Shown here in pieces: positions 1 to 9,947 of a stretch of DNA of 64,000 nucleotides (positions are counted from its first letter, which is position 1; each line of letters begins with the position of its first letter). The notes beneath the pieces were generated by a model, which was not told the origin of the DNA, did no database searches, and saw only the letters and a list, made by a program, of their open reading frames with translations. The position numbers and the translations under genes were made by a program. The stretch is from an uncultured Nitrospirales bacterium (GTDB taxonomy: Bacteria > Nitrospirota > Nitrospiria > Nitrospirales > NS-4), in contig CAYYLQ010000007.1 of the NCBI GenBank assembly GCA_964472655.1, positions 30,479 through 94,478 of the forward strand. The letters are read 5' to 3'.

Positions 1-770
1 GGAAAAGGGGCGTCGGCCAGTTCCGCCACAAATTGGTCAAGGCGATTCTGCGGATGAAGTTTGATAAGAAGATGAAGCGCGTTTGCCCTTCTGCTCCCGC
101 AATATGCCGATAAGACATCCATGAAAAACTTGAGGGTCGTATGCTCGTCGTAGCCCAGACTGTCTCCGAAGTCCGCTTTCAAGGACTCGGCGATAAATAC
201 AATGAGTAAGGTGTCTTGAGATACCCCAATCTCCCGCCTGACACGCCATCTTACGTTGGGGTCAGCCGCGCTGGAAACGTCATCCAAGGCCGGCTGGCCT
301 GCAACCCGCAAACGATCATGTGGCAAACCTTCAGCCACAGCATCATCGAAGGCGACCTGGTCCATCACTAGAATTCGATCGGGAAGACACTGAAGTTTTT
401 CTCCTGCCGTCTCGCCGCTGAATCGAAGCGCATAATTCTGCCACTGGTCGAGCACCGCTGCGCTGGGAATATGGCGCGCCTTTGCCCACCGCCACAGATA
501 TTTCTCAGTCATGTCCAACGAAGGAAGCGATGTAGCCGACGTAAAAACCAAATTGGGCTTGGAACGCCATTTCTCCGTGCAGAGCGTATCGACTATAGTC
601 TCCGAAAATTCCGATAGACGCTGAAAGGATAGTCCTGCGCTGGCAAAACGTTCGCAAGACGGCCCCTTCGCGAGGAGTAGACAATCCGCGTCTCTTTGCT
701 GCAATGCGCGGATCACAGGTACGACAACGTCGGCGCCGCCCGCCTCACGCGCAAACGCTACGACCTTCAT
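1..770 (-). CDS. Partial CDS (C-terminus beyond left edge): uncharacterised surface-carbohydrate biosynthesis protein, Rossmann/GT-B-like
   Basis: Absent from the ORF track because no stop lies in the window. Hand translation of the minus strand from ATG 770-768 stays open to nt 1: MKVVAFAREAGGADVVVPVIRALQQRD...DRILVMDQVAFDDAVAEGLPHDRLRVAGQPALDD...LLIKLHPQNRLDQFVAELADAPF. It starts 27 nt after the upstream methyltransferase stop on the same strand. No diagnostic catalytic motif recognised. Confidence 0.5.
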   Translation of the reverse strand, partial: MKVVAFAREAGGADVVVPVIRALQQRDADCLLLAKGPSCERFASAGLSFQRLSEFSETIVDTLCTEKWRSKPNLVFTSATSLPSLDMTEKYLWRWAKARHIPSAAVLDQWQNYALRFSGETAGEKLQCLPDRILVMDQVAFDDAVAEGLPHDRLRVAGQPALDDVSSAADPNVRWRVRREIGVSQDTLLIVFIAESLKADFGDSLGYDEHTTLKFFMDVLSAYCGSRRANALHLLIKLHPQNRLDQFVAELADAPF

Positions 771-797
771 CTTTTCCCAGAACTCGTCCTTCACTTC

Positions 798-1529
798 CTA
801 ACACTTGGCGAAGAGAAATACGGTGTACCGAGGATGGCCCTGCTCGTCCCGCAATGCTTCGGTCTGAACCAGACGCGCAACCGTATGGTCCACTAATTTC
901 TCATAACGATGCATGTAGCCGTATTGCAGGCTGACCGCTTCCAGCTTCTTCCTCCACGCCATTGGGCGACAGTCCATTTCCACCAAGAGTACGTACTGTC
1001 GACTAACGCGAAAGATCTCAGCTATTGCGCGATGAATTTTGCCGAAAGGCACGTGGGTAAGCGCAACGACCGTATAGACCAGGTCAGTGAGATTGCTCGG
1101 GAATGGCAGGCAGCAGGCGTCTGCATTAATTAGCCGCACGTTGGGACTGCGCACAAATTTCTGCTTGCCGATCCGCAGATTGACAAAGCCCAGATCCGCC
1201 CCTATGAACAACCGTTCTCTGATTCGACTGGCGAACTTCTCCAGCCGATACCCCTGGTAGGCCCCAACCTCAATGTAGGGACTCTGACTCAACCCCTTAT
1301 AGCGTTCCAGATAGCTCTCCACTGTTCTGTCAAGGCGCTGGTAATATGGGTCAGCTTCAGCAGCAGAATGATCGTCTACTCCTCGTAGGCTCCGTGTCTC
1401 CCAAAAGTTTTTTTGGTCAACGAGATTGAATTTTCGATGGCAGACAGCAAAAAGGCAGATATTGGCGAGACGAAACGTTCCGCGAAGGATCCGACGGACC
1501 AAATACCAAGCACTAGACTGTGGCGACAT
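798..1529 (-). CDS. Class I SAM-dependent methyltransferase (Methyltransf_11-like)
   Basis: 243-aa ORF with motif-I-like YIEVGAYQGYRL and the typical downstream segment RLINADACCLPFPSNLTDLVYTVVALTHV. Overlaps the upstream gene by 17 nt (operonic). Confidence 0.6.
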   Translation of the reverse strand: MSPQSSAWYLVRRILRGTFRLANICLFAVCHRKFNLVDQKNFWETRSLRGVDDHSAAEADPYYQRLDRTVESYLERYKGLSQSPYIEVGAYQGYRLEKFASRIRERLFIGADLGFVNLRIGKQKFVRSPNVRLINADACCLPFPSNLTDLVYTVVALTHVPFGKIHRAIAEIFRVSRQYVLLVEMDCRPMAWRKKLEAVSLQYGYMHRYEKLVDHTVARLVQTEALRDEQGHPRYTVFLFAKC

Positions 1530-2535
1530 TTACCCTGGCTCCGCCTCGTTGTGCGGACTCGAGGATAGCATGCACTATATGCAAATCGTGCAGGCCTTCC
1601 TCAGCCTCCGAAACATCGGGCGTCGTGCCGCATCGAAACGCTTCCAGCATGGAGTTCAACCCGTACACCATGGCATTGGCGAGACTGGATTGCCGACGTT
1701 CCTTCAGTCGCAGCTCCGCAAAACCGTCGTAGTGACCATACGGAACGGGCTGCTCCACTTCAATCACATCCCCGTTGTTCAGGAGACGCACGCGGCCCTC
1801 TGTGCCAGCCACATCTATCTCGAAGAGGCTATAAGAATACGTCTGGCCGTCCACTCCACGAATTATGCCCACGACACCATCTTCAAACCATACGACGGCA
1901 TCCCGTGACGGATCACCAGGATATGACCCTTTGGCAGACCCAATCGCTTCCACCTGCACGATGTCCCCCACCAGAAACCTGAGGGTGTTGATCATGGTCG
2001 TACCGATGTGCGTGAGTCCTTTCATGTAATACCCACTGACAGCGGTGATCTTCCCGATCAGACCATTGCGGAGTTCCTTCGCCAACGCACAATGGACCGG
2101 CTCCCACCGTCTTTGATTCGTCAACCGGATACCGGTGCCGTTCACTTTCGCCTCCTCCACAATGCGCTTGGCACTGTCAAAATCAGTCGTCAGGGGCTTC
2201 TCCGTCCAGACCATGCGAGCCTTGCGCGAGCGAAGTATTTCCTGTAGCTGTTCAGCATGGAAGGCGTCCGGGCTACAGACGCTGAGAATGTCGAAGTCGT
2301 GCTTCTCAAGCATTTCACCCAGGGTCCCATAGCCATACGGCACTTCCCAATATTTCTGAAACTCTTTCCGCCGGACAGGGTCCGGTTCAACGCATGCTTC
2401 AATGGTGATCTCGGAAGATCGAGCCCGGTACGCGCCGGCATGGGAGTATATGCCCTTATCATGAGCCGTCTCGTCGTACCGGCCCGCAATGCCTCCGCAG
2501 CCTACGATCCCAACTGTCAATCGAGAAAGAGACAC
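1513..2535 (-). CDS. Gfo/Idh/MocA family NAD(P)-dependent sugar oxidoreductase
   Basis: N-terminal Rossmann motif VGIVGCGGIAGRY and the family EKP motif (WTEKPLTT). 340 aa. Confidence 0.8.
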   Translation of the reverse strand: MSLSRLTVGIVGCGGIAGRYDETAHDKGIYSHAGAYRARSSEITIEACVEPDPVRRKEFQKYWEVPYGYGTLGEMLEKHDFDILSVCSPDAFHAEQLQEILRSRKARMVWTEKPLTTDFDSAKRIVEEAKVNGTGIRLTNQRRWEPVHCALAKELRNGLIGKITAVSGYYMKGLTHIGTTMINTLRFLVGDIVQVEAIGSAKGSYPGDPSRDAVVWFEDGVVGIIRGVDGQTYSYSLFEIDVAGTEGRVRLLNNGDVIEVEQPVPYGHYDGFAELRLKERRQSSLANAMVYGLNSMLEAFRCGTTPDVSEAEEGLHDLHIVHAILESAQRGGARVNVATV

Positions 2536-2546
2536 CGCTAGCCGTA

Positions 2547-3299
2547 TCAGTTCAGGTACGCTGCAGACCGTTGTTCGCAGTGCGCGTTGATCAGCAGAAG
2601 GTGGGGATTGTCACGAACGAGAGCGATCACGTCTTTTGTCCTGAAACTCCGGTCCTTGGGATACAAAGCAGCATAGATCTGCGACACAAGCTCTAAATCT
2701 TCCGGATAATCCACCGTCACTCGAAGTTCCGGGAAAAAGATCTCAGCAGGGGCTTCACGATTGAAGATGGTGAAGCGTTCCGGATGGTCCCAGATATAGC
2801 GTGGTACATCCTCTAGCTGCCGAGGGTCTTTGGCATGCGCCAGTGCCTCTTTCAACGCAGCCATCGAGATGACATGCGCGTCAATCCCTTCGGGATAAGT
2901 CAGCTTCATATCGTTGGCCACATAATCATAGTCGTTGGCCAGAAAGATGCTGACCAATTCGTCTATCAACTCAGGGTCATACAAGGGGCAATCCGCGCCG
3001 AGTTGAACCACTACGGTTGCACTGTAGTGACGTGCGGCTTCCACCACTCTCGAAAGCACATTGTCCTCGGACCCTCTGTAGCAGGAATATCCCTCTTGCT
3101 CGCACCACGAAGCGATCACATCATCGGCTGGATTGATGGATGTGGCTACCACAACCTCGTTCACAGTCCGAGCTTGGCGAATGCGTTCTAGCACACGGTA
3201 AAGCAGCGGCTTCCCCAAGAGTGGAGCCATAGTCTTTCCGGGCAGCCGCGTACTGCCCATACGGGCTTCGACCGTCGCGATGATCGTATGTCTACTCAT
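2547..3299 (-). CDS. Cytidylyltransferase, SpsF/CTP_transf_3-type (second nucleotidyltransferase of the operon)
   Basis: N-terminus IIATVEARMGSTRLPGKTMAPLLGKPLLYRVLERI is the acylneuraminate/SpsF cytidylyltransferase signature. TAATG overlap with the upstream stop at 3299. Confidence 0.75.
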   Translation of the reverse strand: MSRHTIIATVEARMGSTRLPGKTMAPLLGKPLLYRVLERIRQARTVNEVVVATSINPADDVIASWCEQEGYSCYRGSEDNVLSRVVEAARHYSATVVVQLGADCPLYDPELIDELVSIFLANDYDYVANDMKLTYPEGIDAHVISMAALKEALAHAKDPRQLEDVPRYIWDHPERFTIFNREAPAEIFFPELRVTVDYPEDLELVSQIYAALYPKDRSFRTKDVIALVRDNPHLLLINAHCEQRSAAYLN

Positions 3300-5092
3300 T
3301 ATCTGTCAGCTGGTTTTTCGGCAAGCTCATTCAGCGCAGAGCACCAGGTTTTCGCCCAGGCAGGATCATGGTTCGCATAATTCTGCACCACTTTCTTTCT
3401 GGCTTCCTGCACCGCTTCAGATCCCCACCAAGACCACGGGTCAGAATAGACCTTCGCTAGATGAGCTGCGGCACTTTCGGGCGTCTCGTGCAACACCTGA
3501 GCTTCACGAAGAGCAGTAAAAACCGGAATCGCTGTGTCTCTAATTTCCCATCTTGCCGGATCCCAAAATAAGATGGAAGGCTTGTTGGCGGCCAGGGCCT
3601 CAAGCATGGTTGTAGAGTTATGATCGATTACGACTAATTTGCTGCTTAACATACTGTGCTGAAAAGGCCGTCCTAGATTATCCAATCTCAGTGAAGGGTA
3701 CTGATCCCTTAGACGGTTGACATGAGCCCAGCCGTAATCCTGTGGACGAGGTCGCCAAACGATCTGAGTCCGGAGCGACTCTGGAAGTGCACACATAAAA
3801 CGTCGCTGCCACATAAAGTATTCTTCAAACTGAGGTCCGAGAGGAATACTGCCAAAACGCAGAAGATACCGCGGATAGATGGTGCTGACCAAGAGGACCT
3901 GTTGAGACTGCGAAGCGAAAGAGTCTTGGAGTTCTTTGATATTTGCTAACTTAGCTGCAGGGAGTGGCTGTATTTTTTCTGTGGCACGCCAACCCCAGGA
4001 CCAATATCTGTCACAGGTCGCCACTTCATGCTCTTCAACTGGCATGCGTTTATAGATTCCATACGCACCGTGTTGAATTCTCACCAGGATCGTTCCTCGA
4101 TTCACCATTTCCGCAGCATAAACCTTGAACCTTTCATTGAAGTGCAAATACTCTGTGTCACTGGCCAGTACCCTAGGCGCACAATGCCTCTCGGCCTTTT
4201 TCAAGTATACCTTCAACTGTTCCAAGTACGCAGACGGGAGGTTCTGGACTAAAAGTCTGGAAACCATCACTTCAAAATCGTCACCGCTTAAAAGACTAGA
4301 TAAGGATTTCCGAACGTCATTATCGACCATTACTGGAGTGGCCTGGTTCTCTTCTGCTACGGCCGCAAGCGGGAAATACTGGAACCGTGAGGCTGCGATG
4401 AACCTTATGCGATCTCTTGAAGGAAGAAACAAATACAGTTGAACTGGATTCCTGGCGCTGATATAGGCAGGCAAATAACAAAGAAGTGCTTTTTTGATGA
4501 ATTGATAAAGACTGCCGGTTGGCCTTGACTGAAGCCTTTGAAGTTGTCGCAATTGCCGCCTTTTCATCGGCACACCAAGGACCTCCAGCATCTGCGTCAT
4601 TAACTGAAGATTGTACGCATCATCCAGCGAAAGATATGTGAACTCTTCGAAGGTATATGGTGTTACATAACACTTGCTCGAAAGACCAATAGTCTCGACA
4701 TCGGAGACCAAGGCCAACGCATCTTTCAGGCAGGTATATCTGTCCTTTAGGATAGCCAGGAAATGTTGCAGCCATGGACCAATAATGATCCTCCAATACC
4801 GGACGTCCCTATTCAGATTGTGGGTCTGATTTAACCATTCTGCCAAGCTCTGCAAAAAACGCTCATGCAGAATTTGTAACTCCTTATAAGCACCCTCTAC
4901 TCGTTCTTTCTGATCCCATGGATAAGGAAGGACTTTATAATGGAGTCTCTTGAAATCGAGTGGGCGATCATAGCGAAGACACCAAGATCCCAGAAAAAGG
5001 ATTTCTTGATCTTTGTCCCAGAATTCGCTCAGCGCAGTGGTCGCTAGAAACACGCTATCCTCACAGTCCCGTCTAACCTGACAAGATGACAA
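3299..5092 (-). CDS. Large uncharacterised protein, putative GT-B-like transferase of the nonulosonate operon
   Basis: 597-aa ORF abutting its neighbours and visibly lower in GC. Only the C-terminal segment VVIDHNSTTMLEALAANKPSILFWDP resembles a GT-B nucleotide-sugar-binding half. From memory it resembles the Leptospira LIC12162-type putative transferase family; this is unverified. Confidence 0.55.
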   Translation of the reverse strand: MSSCQVRRDCEDSVFLATTALSEFWDKDQEILFLGSWCLRYDRPLDFKRLHYKVLPYPWDQKERVEGAYKELQILHERFLQSLAEWLNQTHNLNRDVRYWRIIIGPWLQHFLAILKDRYTCLKDALALVSDVETIGLSSKCYVTPYTFEEFTYLSLDDAYNLQLMTQMLEVLGVPMKRRQLRQLQRLQSRPTGSLYQFIKKALLCYLPAYISARNPVQLYLFLPSRDRIRFIAASRFQYFPLAAVAEENQATPVMVDNDVRKSLSSLLSGDDFEVMVSRLLVQNLPSAYLEQLKVYLKKAERHCAPRVLASDTEYLHFNERFKVYAAEMVNRGTILVRIQHGAYGIYKRMPVEEHEVATCDRYWSWGWRATEKIQPLPAAKLANIKELQDSFASQSQQVLLVSTIYPRYLLRFGSIPLGPQFEEYFMWQRRFMCALPESLRTQIVWRPRPQDYGWAHVNRLRDQYPSLRLDNLGRPFQHSMLSSKLVVIDHNSTTMLEALAANKPSILFWDPARWEIRDTAIPVFTALREAQVLHETPESAAAHLAKVYSDPWSWWGSEAVQEARKKVVQNYANHDPAWAKTWCSALNELAEKPADR

Positions 5093-5776
5093 TTACTTTA
5101 TTGCGATCGTGCCTGGTTCTGCTCTCTGACCTTCAACTATCAATGATTCGAGTAATGTTGTTCTTCTTCTGGCATAATCTTCATCGATATAAAGTTGTCC
5201 AGATTTGAAAACTAACCCAGGAACCAATCTATAGATGTTTATGCAGTGGAATAACTGAAGGGCCAGATAATGCTTGTGATGAGCGTCAAGAGGTCGCACA
5301 TTGTTTATGCCGATCGCAAAAGAATTGTCAGGAATATCTTTGTTAATGAATGAATTTGCCCCAATGATGACGTTATTGCCAATTTTAATCTTTCCAGATA
5401 TCACAGCACCTGCATAGATTCTGACGAGATGCCCAAGCGAGGGCTTTCCAACGGTAGGTCCACCAACTCGCATATTTCTTCCATCAGTCCCAATAGTTAC
5501 ATTCTGTCCTATTTCACAGTCTGCACCAATTTCTTCTGCACTCAAAGTAATTCCATATGGATGAGGTATCATGCACCCATGCAATAAAAAGTACATGGGC
5601 GGCTCGCATTCGCATGCCAGCTGGAGTCTGTCTTCGTATGAAAAATTGCCGGTGAATCTTTTATATATTCGCTGCAGCGATTTCAAAGGCGTGTAGAAGA
5701 TACCAAGCCTGCGTTCTCCATTTGTGCAGTGTTTTTTGATAAGTTCTGGCGTAAGCGGTAAAAGGCGTCTTCCCAT
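5093..5776 (-). CDS. Left-handed beta-helix (hexapeptide-repeat) acetyltransferase, serine-acetyltransferase-like
   Basis: Hexapeptide repeats EIGQNVTIGTDG...IYAGAVISGKIKIGNNVIIGANSFINKDIPDNSFAIG. Confidence 0.75.
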   Translation of the reverse strand: MGRRLLPLTPELIKKHCTNGERRLGIFYTPLKSLQRIYKRFTGNFSYEDRLQLACECEPPMYFLLHGCMIPHPYGITLSAEEIGADCEIGQNVTIGTDGRNMRVGGPTVGKPSLGHLVRIYAGAVISGKIKIGNNVIIGANSFINKDIPDNSFAIGINNVRPLDAHHKHYLALQLFHCINIYRLVPGLVFKSGQLYIDEDYARRRTTLLESLIVEGQRAEPGTIAIK

Positions 5777-5862
5777 GATAACTTCACTATGATTTAGATT
5801 ATGTTTTGGGGGTTGTTAGCTTACCTGCAAGTGTACAAATAGGGCGTTGTTGGCAATTCTTC

Positions 5863-6498
5863 TTAATATCCGTGCAATCTTCGTTTAAGAATTTGTTCAG
5901 CCAGCCAGAAGTCGAATTCGTCATCAATCTCCACGTTCTGCGCGCGATCGAGTAGCATCCGCTCGATGCGATCTCCATAGCGATCGCCCTGCCTGACGAG
6001 GTCTGCTTTTATGACATAGACATTTCCGTCGTCGTAGAAAAACCCATCAATGTTCTGGCGTCGTAATTCGTTCTTCCCATACTCGACATACTTGCAGATG
6101 AAGCCGGTTGCAAGGGAATCTGCCTTCGTCTGGAGGAATCGCTCGATGCAGCGATCAATCAGACCCTGCTCCCTGATCGGCGAGGTTGCTTGAAGGAGAA
6201 CTATTGTATCCGCCTGCATCTTTTGGAGGACGTGCTGGAGGACGCTGAGCGTTGTTGCTTCATCTGTAGCCAACTCCTTCGGTCGTTCAAGAACCTCGGC
6301 GCCATTTTTTCTGGTCACTTCAGCAATCTCCGGATCTTCCGTCGAGACCACGTAGCGGTCTAAAAGTCGAGAGGCCAGCGCCGCTTCAATGGTCCACGCT
6401 ATAAGGGGCTTTCCGCCTATCGGCCTGATATTTTTTCTTGGGATCCCTTTACTGCCCCCCCGAGCCGGCGTGACTCCTAAAATCATCGTCATGCCCAT
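5863..6498 (-). CDS. CMP-nonulosonate synthetase (acylneuraminate cytidylyltransferase, NeuA/PseF/LegF family)
   Basis: ILGVTPARGGSKGIPRKNIRPIGGKPLIAWTIEAA signature. An alternative ATG at 6492 forms an ATGA overlap with the upstream stop, so the true start may be 6492. Confidence 0.8.
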   Translation of the reverse strand: MGMTMILGVTPARGGSKGIPRKNIRPIGGKPLIAWTIEAALASRLLDRYVVSTEDPEIAEVTRKNGAEVLERPKELATDEATTLSVLQHVLQKMQADTIVLLQATSPIREQGLIDRCIERFLQTKADSLATGFICKYVEYGKNELRRQNIDGFFYDDGNVYVIKADLVRQGDRYGDRIERMLLDRAQNVEIDDEFDFWLAEQILKRRLHGY

Positions 6499-7154
6499 TC
6501 GTCTCTAATCACCATGAAGGCTTCGGCTGCATGAAACCCTACTTCCATTCCCCTTTTTTGGGCCAGGACTTCGATTCCCTTGGTCGAACGCGGGTGTGGA
6601 AACTCCCGCAGTTCTCGCTTGTAAGCCTTCAATGCGTGGACCTTTCTGTCCAAGAAGTCGCTGATGTTTATGTAAAAATTCGGTTGAAAGGCGTACTCAG
6701 GGAAAGGCGGTGCGATATCTGTGGCAGACGGAACTTCATAAGTGAGGATGCGGGGAACCTTGTATTGACAAGTGCTCCGGCAGGCCACCATCGAAGCGTG
6801 ACAAACTGCACGGTGGTCCTGATTGGAATCCCCTCGGTGATGGGTATAGACCACCGAGGGCCGCATTTTGATGACGAGCTCTTCTATTGGATCAATCAGG
6901 TCCAAGAGACGCTCATCAAGGAGTTCATCACGTAGATCGAGAAATTGAATCCCCCCGTAACCGAGGACTTTCGCCGCCTGTGTGGCTGCATCCTTTTCTT
7001 CCTGAACAATCTGTGGATCAAACTGATGATTGTAGGCCCGCTTGCAGGCTATACAGGCCGTCACCTCATCCCCAGCTGCTACGTGCTTGGCGATGGTGCC
7101 TCCCATTCCGAGAACCTCATCGTCCATATGGGCGGAGATTACCAGTACCTTCAC
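6489..7154 (-). CDS. PIG-L/LmbE family N-acetyl-sugar deacetylase
   Basis: VLVISAHMDDEVLGMGGTIAKH and HHRGDSNQDHR motifs. I place the start at GTG 7154 (GTGA overlap with the upstream stop 7151-7153) rather than the track's 7214. Confidence 0.8.
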   Translation of the reverse strand: MKVLVISAHMDDEVLGMGGTIAKHVAAGDEVTACIACKRAYNHQFDPQIVQEEKDAATQAAKVLGYGGIQFLDLRDELLDERLLDLIDPIEELVIKMRPSVVYTHHRGDSNQDHRAVCHASMVACRSTCQYKVPRILTYEVPSATDIAPPFPEYAFQPNFYINISDFLDRKVHALKAYKRELREFPHPRSTKGIEVLAQKRGMEVGFHAAEAFMVIRDEWA

Positions 7155-8146
7155 GATCGACTCCCGCTCAGTTCCTTCGCGCGTTCTCGAATCAATCTCA
7201 CGATCCGTTCGCACCCCTTGCCATCGACAAGCTGTTTTCCGCAGCGGCTCATGGCACCCCTCGTTTCAACATCTTCAGCTAAGGCATCTACGGATTGAGG
7301 CAGCCGCGTATAGTCCAGCCTTCCTCCAAACCCAAGGTTTAATACAGTCCCGGCCTTTTCAAGCCGTGCAGCCGTTTCAACTTCAAACGGCTCCGCACAG
7401 ACGACAAGGCCCGGGGTTCCCACGCAGAGCAACTCAAACATAGTGAGCCCGGCTGCAGTAATCGCCAGGTCCGCGTTCCACATCAGCTCAGCCATGTTGC
7501 GCGCGTTTCGTACCACCGTCAGGTCCAATGACGAAGCCTCTGTCGCTGATCGCAATTCCGCCTCATGCTTGAAGGCGGGGCCGATGATCACCGTGCAGTG
7601 CGGCCGGGTCATCATGCCCTCCAACGCGCGAATGATCCTAGACGTGAACCCGTGGGTGTCGCTTCCGCCCTGGGCGATGAACAATTCCTGCACTTCATCA
7701 TTAATTCTCTTGGATCGGCCATGAATCTCCTGAAACTCATTCCGCAGTGCAATGTAGCGCGGATCGGTGACGGCATCCGGAGTGTAATAAAGAGAATTCA
7801 CCCTCAAATCGGCAAGTTTTGCCCCTTCTCCGGCGTCATCGATCGTAACAAGAAGATCTGTAAGTCCTTTGAGGGATTTGATGTACGTCGGATCGTTATT
7901 CAGCTTGTTGACTAGAATGACGTCCGGGCGGAAAGCGCGAAGCGCCTGTCGCTCATTCTCATGCGCCGCCACTGCGTGAAACCGATACCCTCTCTCCGTG
8001 ATAGCAGCGATGGCCTCGTCTCCTCCCGAAATGACGAAGAGAATTTCATCAGCCTGCTTGGCGCATTCGTCCGCTAACGCAAGCGAACCCATAACGTCTC
8101 CCATGCCATGCTGGTGATTCCCTTCCGTTCTGAAGACGATACGCAT
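7151..8146 (-). CDS. PseG/SpsG-like nucleotide-sugar hydrolase (GT28 C-terminal fold)
   Basis: N-terminus MRIVFRTEGNHQHGMGDVMGSLALADE and C-terminal DLAITAAGLTMFELLCVGTPGLVV resemble UDP-sugar hydrolases of pseudaminic/legionaminic-type pathways. Lies directly downstream of the NeuB-like gene. Confidence 0.65.
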   Translation of the reverse strand: MRIVFRTEGNHQHGMGDVMGSLALADECAKQADEILFVISGGDEAIAAITERGYRFHAVAAHENERQALRAFRPDVILVNKLNNDPTYIKSLKGLTDLLVTIDDAGEGAKLADLRVNSLYYTPDAVTDPRYIALRNEFQEIHGRSKRINDEVQELFIAQGGSDTHGFTSRIIRALEGMMTRPHCTVIIGPAFKHEAELRSATEASSLDLTVVRNARNMAELMWNADLAITAAGLTMFELLCVGTPGLVVCAEPFEVETAARLEKAGTVLNLGFGGRLDYTRLPQSVDALAEDVETRGAMSRCGKQLVDGKGCERIVRLIRERAKELSGSRS

Positions 8147-8147
8147 G

Positions 8148-9191
8148 TCAGTCCAGCTTCTCCCAGGTGATCACTTCATCAGCCTTGATCGCCTGCTTGG
8201 CTCGCCTGCCCACCACAAGGTGCGCGAGTTTGGGAGGCACGCCGGTCCCGGGCCGTTTGACGATGATCTTGTCTTTGGTGATCACCTCGCCTGGCTTGAG
8301 ATCCGTACGGGCGATGACACTTTTACGAGTCTCCGCTCTCATGTCCTGCTCCGATGGTACCGGACGCTTCACGCCAGAACCCAGCGCCTGCTCCAATTCC
8401 CGGATGGACCGCACAAGCGTCTTCATCTCGGCCGGATCGGCGGAAAAGAAGGCGTCTGGCACGTTGAGATGCTTATCGAGAGTGAAGTGGCGCTCGATCA
8501 CTGACGCCCCAAGAGCCACCGCCCCAAGCGACGCGCTGAGCGTCGTAGTATGGTCTGAAAATCCTACCGTGACATTGAAAGCCTGCTGAAATGTGCGAAT
8601 CACGTTCAGGTTCACGCTGCGAAGGTCCAGAATCGGATAGTTGGAGACACAATGAAGGATCACGATCTGATCATTTCCGACAGACCGGATGGTCTGAACA
8701 GCTTCGTCCACTTCGGCCAATGTGCCCATGCCGGTGGAAAAGATGACCGGCTTGCCCTTTTCAGCGACGTACTTGATGAACGGGAGGTTGGTCAGGTCGT
8801 CAGAGCCAATCTTGTACACTTCCACCTGCAATCGTTCGAGTAGGTCCACATCGTCGAAGTAGCTCGGGGTCGAGAAGACCGTAACCTTCTTATCCCGCGC
8901 ATAGGCAAACAGTTCGCGATGAAGCTCCTCGGACATCTCGTACCGCTTGAACTCCTCAAACTGATTGGTCGCGCCGGCTTCTGCGGGAAAATCAGTATGC
9001 CGGGACACCACGGTCTCCGCCCGAAAGGTCTGAAACTTGACGGCGTCGACTCCACATTCAATCGCGGCATCGATCGAGGCCTTGGCCTCGTTAGGCGTGG
9101 TGAAGTTGTAGCCGATCTCAGCGATGATGAAGACAGGGTGCCCTTCCCCAACCAGCCTCTCCCCGATTTTGACAGGACGCATGGGTACCAT
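8148..9191 (-). CDS. NeuB-family nonulosonate synthase (PEP condensing enzyme) with C-terminal SAF domain
   Basis: FIIAEIGYNF, GVDAVKFQTF, ILHCVSNYP and VGFSDHTT motifs, plus a SAF-like tail SVIARTDLKPGEVITKDKIIVKRPGTG. 347 aa. Confidence 0.9.
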   Translation of the reverse strand: MVPMRPVKIGERLVGEGHPVFIIAEIGYNFTTPNEAKASIDAAIECGVDAVKFQTFRAETVVSRHTDFPAEAGATNQFEEFKRYEMSEELHRELFAYARDKKVTVFSTPSYFDDVDLLERLQVEVYKIGSDDLTNLPFIKYVAEKGKPVIFSTGMGTLAEVDEAVQTIRSVGNDQIVILHCVSNYPILDLRSVNLNVIRTFQQAFNVTVGFSDHTTTLSASLGAVALGASVIERHFTLDKHLNVPDAFFSADPAEMKTLVRSIRELEQALGSGVKRPVPSEQDMRAETRKSVIARTDLKPGEVITKDKIIVKRPGTGVPPKLAHLVVGRRAKQAIKADEVITWEKLD

Positions 9192-9910
9192 TATTCGAAG
9201 ACGTGATCTATGGTCTCTACCCCAACGCCTTTGATGACGTCGAGACTGGCCGGACCGTAATTGAAGAGCAAGTCAATCGCCGACATCGCAGGGAGAAACG
9301 GTTCGTACAGTTGCTTGTAAATGGGGTGGTGAAATTCCTGGAACTGTACACATATCCCTGCGTCTGTGAACAATTTCACGCCAAGGTAGTCTCTTCCGGA
9401 CACGCCGGATAAATAGACCGAAGCGCCGACCTTATGACAAATATCCAGGAGCAGATCGCCTCGGTTCCCTTTGACGTTGAGCTCCGATGATTTCACGACT
9501 TTCACGTCTACCGAGAATGCATCCAGCATATGTCTGATAATCGCCTCGTTTATTTCAACGAGTCGCGTCCAATTAGTTTTGTAAAGTCGATCGAAAAATC
9601 CTTCGTGGAGCGACCAATATTTCGCTTTTCGATAGTGTTGAGCGATGCTTGCCAAACATTTTTCTTTCCACCGGGGACTGCCCTGGTTGTTGATCTGGAC
9701 CTCATTGATCGCCTGGTCGGCATTCCCCTTAGTCAGCACAGGCACCGTCAACCAAAAAGCTCCATTGGCGGTCCGAATCCTGTTGCGGTTCTGAAAGTAG
9801 TTCTTCCGGTACTGCACGTGGTCCAGCATCACAAACACATCCGCCTGTCTAATCTTGTCGAAGAAGCCAAGCCAAGGCAGATGTTCTGGCTGGTGAATGG
9901 TCACGACCAT
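9191..9910 (-). CDS. WbqC family protein (function unknown, O-antigen associated)
   Basis: MVVTIHQPEHLPWLGFFDKIRQADVFVMLDHVQYRKNYFQNRNRI is the characteristic WbqC-like N-terminus. Shares 1 nt with the neuB-like start. Confidence 0.75.
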   Translation of the reverse strand: MVVTIHQPEHLPWLGFFDKIRQADVFVMLDHVQYRKNYFQNRNRIRTANGAFWLTVPVLTKGNADQAINEVQINNQGSPRWKEKCLASIAQHYRKAKYWSLHEGFFDRLYKTNWTRLVEINEAIIRHMLDAFSVDVKVVKSSELNVKGNRGDLLLDICHKVGASVYLSGVSGRDYLGVKLFTDAGICVQFQEFHHPIYKQLYEPFLPAMSAIDLLFNYGPASLDVIKGVGVETIDHVFE

Positions 9911-9947
9911 AGCGAATTACAGACCGCTCTGATTGAACGGTTAGGGT

